Source of the DNA: Dudresnaya verticillata
Lineage: Eukaryota
DNA length: 64,000 nucleotides
NCBI GenBank assembly: GCA_977862235.1
Contig: OZ374561.1
Coordinates: 1,364,001-1,428,000 of the forward strand
Direction: 5' to 3'
A model generated the notes under the pieces. It searched no databases and was not told where the DNA came from. It worked only from the letters and a program-made list of their open reading frames with translations. Made by a program: the position numbers and the translations under genes. Numbering within the stretch: the first letter of the stretch is position 1; the number at the start of each line of letters is the position of its first letter. This document shows, piece after piece, positions 54,595 to 64,000 of the stretch.

Positions 54595-57560
54595 GCTCGT
54601 GGCGGTGGCGCTGGCTGCGACGCTGCGGCGGGCGCGTTTTTGGCGCGGTGACGGTCGGCTGGCAAGGCGGAGGCGAGACCAGAGCGGAGGGCTGGACTGC
54701 TTGACGGGTGTCGTTTGCGGGTGCGGCCGTTGATCCCGCGGCGGGTTGCGATGCAGCGGGCGGTGCCGGTTTTTGTGTAAGGTGCAATTTGCATTACAGT
54801 TTTAGCGCAGGGATTGAGCTCTGGAACTGTTCTGTCTCAGCAGCGAGTGTGATGGTGAGGTGTTGAGAGTAGCACTCGGTGCAATCTCCGGACAGCACCG
54901 GGAGGTGAGGAAGCCGCGGTGGTTAGCATGAGAACACTCGATGGGGAAAGTAGGGCGGGGACGACAAGTGCAATTCTGGACGAGGCAAAACGTTGTGTGT
55001 AAGTACCAGCAACACACCTTTTTGCTGCCTCACTTGGTGTCATTACTCAATCGTATGTTTCACGGCAACTGTATTCCGCCATGTGTTTCTTGCAGATCAT
55101 GTATTCTCACTCACGCTTAGCTTCATCGAAACACCATCACATGTTTGTCATGTTTGAATTGAAGGTGGTGGCAAAAGGAAACACAGCAATTGAAATTATC
55201 GCGTACCCCGTTGGTCAGCTGTGGAGGTGTACTGGGGAGACTTGAAAAGTTGTTTGGGCTTGACGAACCAGGAGCAACTTAATTCCGTCAAGCTCCATGC
55301 CCTCTCGTCAGCACAGCTCTTTTCAGCCAGGGAATACTATATGTTTGCATAGATCACAGCTTCTGCCGCTCTTTCTGCGCAACAGCACCCTTTCATGGAT
55401 CGCGTCTCTGGAATCCATTGCTACCGCTAACACGCCTCACGACAATGACATCATTGCGTTGTACTCCACAGCCACAACTTCCTTTCCTTCTGTCTCAGGA
55501 CTACCGTGAAACCCAACCGTGACAGAAAAGACTCCAATGCCCGCGATTGAATACATCCACACCGCTGGTGTATGTTAGTCATGATGCTATGTTCACAACT
55601 CCTCCTGTAATCTATGTTCTTTCCCACTCGTATGCTGCATCAGCGGCATTCCTCCAATCCGTACAACCCTGAAAAAGTTGCTTCCAATCCGCATCATAAT
55701 ACTCTCAGGCGCGCCTTTAAAGTATTGACACTTCTGCTGCAAGCTGCTGCTGAGCAATCCCGGTCATCCGAAACTCTTGAAAAGCCTCTTTTGGTCAAAA
55801 ACAATAGCAATTGGATTGCACAACATCAAACCATAACAATGGTGTGCACCCACGAGACGAAACACCCAACAGAAGCGTCGCTTTAGTACCAAAAGCCGCA
55901 GTGCTACTTGATGATTGCGCAAACAGGAAATGTTGTATCACAACCATGTTCGTACCGCACATGGGTTCCCTAAACGTAGTTCTCAAACTGCCGAGCCGCA
56001 ACCGTTCTCCTCGCGAGAGACACTTTCGAACCAGAGTTGATCTACAGCTTTGTTTGAGAAGGCTTCTATCACTCCTCTCCTTTGGTAAGGTACAGTAACG
56101 TACATAGGCGCTGGTTATTGCATTTCTATCTGCCTTTACAATGCATTTTCGTTACGTACAAGCAGTGTAATTTGCCATTGCGCGATGGCAGCTCCGGCTG
56201 TTCCTCCTGGTAGGAAAACTGCTATTCAAACTCTTCCTGCCAAAGCTAAACACTGAACTATTGCAGCTCAAAGTCCTTTTTACTTCTGATTGCATGATAG
56301 TTCTTAGTACCTCCTCTCAATCACAGCCCGATACACATGATTGAAACAATGAACAGAAACTTTGATAGTGTTACAAATAGAAGCTGGCAGCATTCCGCTT
56401 TGAGGGCGAGTAAGGAAACCAAGCTTGTATGAGTCGTTCGAAGCCCGTAGATGGCGCCGGTGGGGTACCCTGAAGGCTATGATAACACATGCCTTTTCTG
56501 AAGGCTTGAGGACGAGAAAGACTCCTGAGCTCATTTGTGGATGCTAAGCTGCAGTAGATCTAGATATCTTGAGAAAAATATATAAATATATAAACACCGT
56601 TCTCGACACTCGCTTCGAGTCACTAGAAAGGGGTTGGGTTCTTTACTCATAAAGAAACCTTTTCTGGTTAGAAGGAATTTATACTTCTTAAAGATCGAGG
56701 CTCGCAATGTTGCAAAGTACCTTTAGTGACAGTTAGCAAAGTATTGTCTTCTTTATTTCTGAGCAGATCTCATCTGTAGAAACCAATGGTCTTGGCTGAA
56801 TCGTTTGCGCTATTTTTCATCATGTAGAGAGCTAGGGAACCTAAAAGAATAAAATGCGCAAATGTCTAATTGGATTGTCGTGTAGATGCGGAGGCTATCC
56901 CAACGGACCTATGTTGTGCACAGGGCTGCTTTAGGGGCAGCGAGGTTATAAGGCTACGGTATTTTCTCGCTGACGAACAGCATACGAGTAGGTCTTCTAA
57001 GCCTCCAACTGGAATTCTGCATTGAACAAGAACAATAAATTGGTTCCTTGGAGATACCCTGCACCTTCAGTCCTGATGTACAGTATTGCCCTACATGACT
57101 GGACCGCATTAACCGTTTAACAAGCTGGAGAATAAATACTTCAAAAGCTTGGAACCAGTGTTGACTTGAGATGGAGTGTCATTTTGGAGAATAATAATCT
57201 GAGAAAATCGTGCACGTTAGTATCACTTGTGCTCGTTGAATAATAGAACAACGAAACAAAGGACAAAGCAGAAAAGGCCTATCCACTTCCTCGCCGTTCA
57301 ACAGTCGTTAACAGGCGGTAATAGTCTAGTTTTATTAAATTAAATTACGCCCGAATGCCTCAGCCATCAATGACGATCCATCGGGACTCACCAATGCTTG
57401 GCCGTCAGAGGCAAAGATATCGAAATACGTTACGCGAGATTGCTTTGGAGCTTGCAGTAAACGCAATGTAGGTTTATACTGCACCAATTAGTAGCTTGTT
57501 ATAACATAGATGAGAAAGAGTTTTGTAGAGGTGCGGACAAGTGTTTCTACGCAGTCCATG

Positions 57561-57604
57561 TAAGGAGTTGAGTGAGAATTCTTAAGGAGTTGAGTGAGAA
57601 TTCT
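57561..57604 (+). repeat. Exact 22-bp tandem duplication
   Basis: TAAGGAGTTGAGTGAGAATTCT x2. Confidence 0.9.
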
Positions 57605-60600
57605 TAATTCTGGAGAAGATATCCCGTTCCGACAATAGTTATATTTCCTTAAATGCTTGAAGATCTTTTTAATGCGAAGGAATAATGCAATGAAATGCTT
57701 TCTGTCTCAGTTAGCGTGTGCTTGTTAGGCATTGGTATCTGCATCCTTTCTGAGGCCACAATCCTGCTTTCGAATAATAAGGACAGCACGAGTAGGCATC
57801 ATTATTTCTGTGTAGCGGAGATTGAAGGTCAGGAGGTTTGAAAATAATAATATTGCTGCTCAAGTCTCCATTCGCTACCGGACGAGAAGCTCGTTCAACT
57901 ACTGCAGTTTAACATTTACCGTTGATTACGAGCGGCAGTTTGTGCTCATTCTTCTATTATACGCGAGGAATCAAAACTCATCTTCTTCAGAAGCTCAGTT
58001 ATTGCGCGCTTCCTACATGTATGATTCGTACAGAGAGTTGGTATCGAAAGTGAACAAAAACTCAGCCAGCATTAAAAGGATTGTCCAGAAGGGCTATCTA
58101 ACGATATCGTGCCCTGTTCTCTGAAGCCCGAAGTCACAAAAGGGTGTGACAGATCTTTGAAGGTCTATCGGTCTTTAATGCTATCATGGTATCCCGTTCT
58201 TTCGATTCTCCGTTGCTGCTGAATGAAGCAGTCCAGTCGGTTTCAGGGACTTTCGCGATTGATTGCGTGCATATTTGGAATATAGAAAGGAGAACACGCA
58301 AGTATGAACAAACACGAATACACGCAGAAAAATGAAGGTATCTTAACAACGGGCTACAATCGTCCCAGCCGGCATATGTGAGCTGACCGAGAGTGGACTT
58401 GACAGTCCACGAGAAGAGCGCAGCACGCGTAGGCTTGCAAGGAAGTCCGTATCGACATAAAATACATGTCTGTGTCACCGAATGCGTCGACGGGGATTTA
58501 AGACCTTCTTTCAGTCTTCGAGACTGTATCGGTCGGATGGGCCGGACAAGGTTTGTTCCACGAACGCGCAGATTTGAGCAGACCATCCGCGCGCACAGAG
58601 TTATCGGAAGGCCGGTGCACGCGAGGCCAGGCACAGTCGAACCGAACTGCGATATGAGCGCCCTTCACGGAGCGTGCCTTTATGCGGAGGCGGGCCGTTC
58701 CAGGCCGTGGTGGCACGGTTTGTGACTGTATCCGCGCGGCACTTTTGCACTTGGGCGAGACAGCCGTGCGGCGGTCAATGTGGAAGCGCGGCAGGCGGCT
58801 CTGAACTGCCGCGACAATTGACAATTGCGTCATCGAGCAGTGGCGCAAGGTCTTGCCGTGCTCCCGTTTTCAAAAGCCGCATTGCCAGCCGCTGATGACG
58901 AAATGCCGAGTTTAGCTGTGCTGTCGATACGGCGGCCATGGCTTCCCTGTCCTGACGTGACATGTTGCCGCATGTGCTCCACCTCGCTACTGGGGAAGCC
59001 GTCCTCGGCCTCGGCCAATACAGTAGCTCGCCGAGCATGCTGTCCGGCTTGGCAGGCTTCCCGTGCAGGGCGCTCATGGCACGCTACGCTTCGCTCTGTG
59101 TTACAACAGTATATCCCCCTCAGCTTCTTAGAGCTTCAAGTCGCACTTGTTGCGTGTTCTACCACGAGTCCATGTTATTGTTCCGAAAAAAATGACCTTG
59201 TCGGTCACGCACCGGCAGGACTCCTGGGACATCGCTATGGAGTCTCGTGCCCGAAAACACTGCAGTTGCGCTTTCGTGTGCATGGGGGCGCATCTCTCTT
59301 GTCGAATTCTCTCAAACAAATAGCCTACCTTCCTCTCGCAGGATACGAAACAACTCTACAAACTCTCTCTATCTGTCTCAACATCTCTCTGCACAAATCG
59401 AACGCAAGTGCAATGCAGCGCAGACTGCGCTGCGCAGTACTGTATGTCGTTCAAGCATAGAGAAAGAGAATGTGCTTGATGCTCTTCCGTTCGAGCTTGT
59501 GGTTGTCGTTGCACAAGCTGTTGTACAGTTGCCTAACTCCACACTGCACGAGTTGCACTACGGCATGACCACCGTAGCGTCACTGGTCCGTTGTTGTGTC
59601 GTGCCTTCGCAAATGTTAGTTAAGAAGAGATCGGAGTGAACTGCATGTCGTGATGGAACCGTTCGTGTCCCTAGCAACCTTGTGTGGTGATACACGTTAG
59701 TAGTGTTTTGAATGCACAGTCTGCCCATGCATATCGTTATGCAGTTTGTAACTTACCGTGATTGCTGAATACTGTACAACTCTCTTTAAGGCATGCCATT
59801 CTCGTACCACCTAGGCTGCATCTTTTGTGCATGATGCTCTTCAGAGCAGCGCATCAATCGCGAGACCACCGTATGTGGTTTGTGGAAGGGGACCCACCTC
59901 AAACAAGCGGGAGACTTTGCGAGGGACGTTTTATTGTGTGAGGCACGCGCAAGCTGCTGGCAGTCCACTTTTTTACAGCCGCTGCAGCCAGCCGGATAGT
60001 TGCTGTGGTGTGATTGCGCGAGGAGGACACAACAGACGCATCAGCAAAATGTGAGGCCACGGTGTATGCTGCAAACGAGAAACTGCAGTGAGACTTGAGA
60101 TGCTCATCAACTCTTTTCATTGGACACTTTTATGCCCTCCTCGCGAATCATCCAATCGAAATGTGTTACTTGGAGTAGACTTGTACGGAACAAAATAAAC
60201 TAAACTCGCGCGATAGCGCGTAATGCTTTTCACCCATAGTCTCAGGACGCGATCTGAGAGATTGGTGGCTGTCGGTGGCCCGTGTGACGCGTCGATCACG
60301 TGCTAGTTCCGACGGCACTTCCATTCGGCCAGGAGAGCTGCCATCGAGGCCTGACGGTACCCATCATGCCATGGCCTGTTACCGCACGCAACTTGACAAA
60401 GCTCTATGGTAGACCACAGCCAGCAAACTGGAACGCCGTTCCAGGGGAAGAGACGTTTGAAGCACCGCAATGAGCAGCGTGAGTCACAGATGGCCGTCGA
60501 GACGATGTCATCGCGAATGAGTTTCGCCTCGGCGCGATGCCGCGTTCGCAGCACGGTGCGAGTGGGAGTGTGCCTACTTCTGCCTGCGTACATCATGGCA

Positions 60601-63600
60601 GCGAAATTGCACCCAGGCTTTTCTTGAGACCGTAGGCGACCTGGTCATATCGAGCTCTTTGTCAGGACCCCGGCGGAAATTCAACTTGTTCCGGATGATT
60701 TGGCTCTCAGCGGCCCTGAGTTACGACTCCGGACAACATGCAACTGCGCCTCCGAACGGGGCGTGGCGATAAAAGAAAAAGGTCCTGAGAGTGAAACTAG
60801 TCTGCTTGGGGATTGCAATGGTGTCGTGTATATGTGTCCGGACCAAGATTCATTGTACGGTCCCAGTCAAAGTCTTATGGAGGTACGCAAAAATCTCATA
60901 AGTCTTTGACGAGAATTACTAACGCGGGGATACAACGCCTGCAATTCGCCCCCCAATTCGTACCGTGCGAGGCCACTTTGTGACGACACAAAAAGAATGT
61001 AAACATTCGAAAAGTTCATGAGGCTTTACATACTGTACACATTGCTATACATGTAGGGCCGCTTGGATTCCTCATTCTGCTGACACATCCCGCAAGATAA
61101 AGACGTAAGCATCTCGAGACATATTCAATGTAAATAGGACCACGTACTTGCAACAACAAACACTACTCTTCGATGTCGTACACATAATTCACAACTTCGG
61201 CCATAGCACCTGATAGCAATTTGTCGTATGGAATAATAATGAGTCGCTGCAATTGTTGTCGTTGGTCTACAGGGGCATTATTCCCGATTGTACTGAATAG
61301 TAAAAGGAACCGCAAGTAATCGCTTCGTCCGAGTCCGTACGCCGTGGCTGACAGTTAGTTTGGAGTTTAAACTGTCCGAAGCTGTTGCCTTGCGGTTGTT
61401 GGCCATGTTACATTTGAAATAATTGTTACACACTGAGGTGTATTATCAGTTTTCTTGTTCAAGCACCAAAAGATGCCAAAATAGGGAGTGACTGGAACGG
61501 GGCAATCGTATAAACAAAAACAATCTTTACGAAAGCACAAAACATTGAACTTACTGGATTGGGTTTCAGTACGGTAGTCTTTGTAGCTTGAAATGGTTCC
61601 GTATCCACTGTGGCCGACAACAACTGAAAAATTGTTTTAAACTTCACCGAACGCATCAATTGCCCGGCAGCATGCGCTGTTGTGTGTAGTTTACTCAACA
61701 ACTGCGGCATTTGAAGGATATGACAATTGATAGCCAGGGTGCCAAAAATTAGCATATGTGAAGAAGGTGGTTTCAGTACAGCAATAATTTGCCCACTTCA
61801 CTTGCTCCCGAAGCCAGCTAGAGATCAGATCACGGCAGTCCGCCCCACATGGTAATTGAGAAAGTTACAAGAAGAGTTGCTGTGCACTTCTTTCCGTCCT
61901 TTAACGAAATGCCCTCCAACAGCACCTAATTGAACTGGAAAATGGAATTGGAACAACGAGAATTCTTAGATGACGGATGTTCAGGGCACCTCTGTTTGAA
62001 AGAATTGGAAAGTTGTGCAATCTCCTGGCAAACGGTAGAATATTCTTTTCTTGAACATGGCGGTGCCACCAACCAGTTCAGCGTTGTTTTGCTAGTGATT
62101 TCCCCCAACGACGACACAATGTGCCCAAAAGGGAGAAGACGACTGTCTACTAGGCATCATGATGATAAAATTTGCTCTGAAATTTGTGAAATTTGCCTCT
62201 TCTTCTTTGTCTCCCAACGACTTGTCCGGGAGCTTTCTGAGCAACGTGCAAACACACACAAAAGATTCTCAACGCCTTCCAAGTAAGCGGTTGCTCTGTT
62301 ACGCTCTATTTGAAATGCCCAGTTGTCTTGAGACTAGTTGCTTCCGACAAGGTTTCTGAGCACTCTCGGATTGTTGGCCTACTTTTGTGAATGTTGAAGA
62401 GGGAAGTCAGTGGCTTCGAAGGCATTATGAATACCGCTACGCAAGGAAACTCTTCTTTCGAGCCGGTAGGACATATCATGGCGTGAGTGGAGAACTGCCC
62501 CTTCTGTAATCAATCATTCACAGTCGTTTCGCCTGGTCTACGACTAGCGATATTTTTTTGCTTGTCATATTCACAGATAGGTTGTGGGAGTACATAACCT
62601 GAAAGCACAGCAGTTAGTTTCATGACAAGCGGATCCCCACAGCAGATTTGGGTCTATGAACGAAGCTCACAGAAGCCGTGTACTGTACTTTTGCGCTCAG
62701 ATGTAGACGGAGAACCCTGTCTAAGAACAGACTTTACGGCGACAAGCTCAATGCAGTATGAAATATGAACGCAACTGAGCGTTCGGAGTACTGCACCATT
62801 GCACGCATAAAGACAGCGTCACTGTGGATTCGCAGTGTTCTGTGTTGTCTGGAGAGCATTGTGTCTGGTCACAGACTGCAAAGAAAACGAGAACCGCAAT
62901 AGCATTCGGTTATTGATCAGTTATGGTCTTTCTTGACGTGACATGGCAGTCGCCGCGTCACTGGGCCAGAAGAAATGCTTTAGGGACACGTCCCTCTAAA
63001 AACGCGCTGGGTGACTTTTCTATCCAAGGCAGCCCAAAGGCTGTGGCCATGCTGAACGACAACTTTCCAGACGCAGTGAGCGTCAAGTGGAGTGTTGCCC
63101 TTTGTGTGTGGCCATATTGGGGAATAGGTGGAGCTGGGTGTGTCCCATGGATGCGCAGCATCTGACCACCCAGACGTAGTGGTCATTCTTGAGTGGCTGA
63201 CGCTGCGGGCAAACGAGACAAGGCGGTGTGTGGGACAATTCCTTTTGGAAGGGGGGTGAGCACAACAGCTCGGCAACGCATGCAACATACCTGTTCATCA
63301 GGGTAGGACTTCCGTAATGTGCAGGGCGTCGGCCACGCATCGTACCCAAGGCGGTAGAAGAGGAAGTGAGAAGTGTGCAGAGTTGCGCAATCGGATATGA
63401 ATTGCTCGTGTTTGACGTGTCACACAGACTGATTGCCTAGTGGCAAAAGAAGGGGAAGTGATGGTCCGGCAGACCTTCCCTCGGGCACAGAGTATCGGGC
63501 AGTTCTGAGTGGTATGTAATATTGCGTTGACAGCAACGGCGATGTCCCGGCGGACGTGGCCGTGAGAAGTACCTACGCGTTCGTTACCGAACTTGCGGAA

Positions 63601-64000
63601 GCCTGCCCGGAGCCGTAAGTAAATTTATGTTGCGACCCAAAAATTGATGTGGTGCCTCGGGCTGGCTGTCAGCATCTGACAGAATCAGCCTGAAACAGTC
63701 AGGATGGAGTGAATGGGCAACTTATGGCGATGATTGTCTGGTGCCCACAGGGGTGTTGGAACAAGGGGCACTGGGTTACAACTGGTGGTTGCTATCCATG
63801 CCCCGGTAGTCGGTCTAGCGGCCTCTGTCAGCGAGGCATAGCGCTGAGCTGAGCTCATTGATGCGGCTCAAGGAGGGTTGCGGAGTTTGTCGGGCCTCCC
63901 ATGACAGGTCGTGTGCTGCTACCGGGGCTCGTCGGAGAGCTGCGAAACGTAGTGGCGCAAGCGGAGCACTCAAGACAAGCAGCTTGACCCGTGGCGGCGG

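Noticed and set aside
58130..58640. Protein-kinase-like remnant (FKDLSHPFV on the minus strand)
   Set aside because: A single short resemblance. No HRD, DFG or APE motifs were found nearby.

Overview
Eukaryotic nuclear DNA, almost certainly from a red alga: it has a phycoerythrin gamma-type linker, an Lhcr-type antenna gene and few introns. The window has three zones. (1) 1-~27,050 is a nested transposon island. Two ~870-bp inverted arms (436-1307 and 25525-26394) and a decayed Ulp1/C48 SUMO-protease fragment frame two chromodomain Ty3/gypsy LTR retrotransposons. Element 2 (16171-25524) sits inside the 3' LTR of element 1 (2568-16170), and a solo LTR (13482-14319, 4-bp TSD AAAC) sits inside element 1. 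Removing that solo LTR rebuilds a ~780-codon antisense ORF of unknown function. Element 2 carries about 26 exact copies of the palindromic 9-mer CCGTWACGG in all reading frames. Both elements share a 20-nt PBS that predicts a tRNA-Tyr primer. (2) ~28,100-54,600 is a compact gene island: threonine dehydratase, an ODC-like gene lacking the catalytic Cys and preceded by Pro-Pro-stop uORFs, MED21, Mpv17/PMP22, TTD14-like, a Kelch-Hint protein, a spondin-domain membrane protein, uricase plus ureidoglycolate amidohydrolase, PE gamma subunit, SPB1, LHC, COG4 and proteasome beta-2. (3) ~54,800-64,000 has no recognisable gene. All calls come from reading the sequence by eye; no searches were run.
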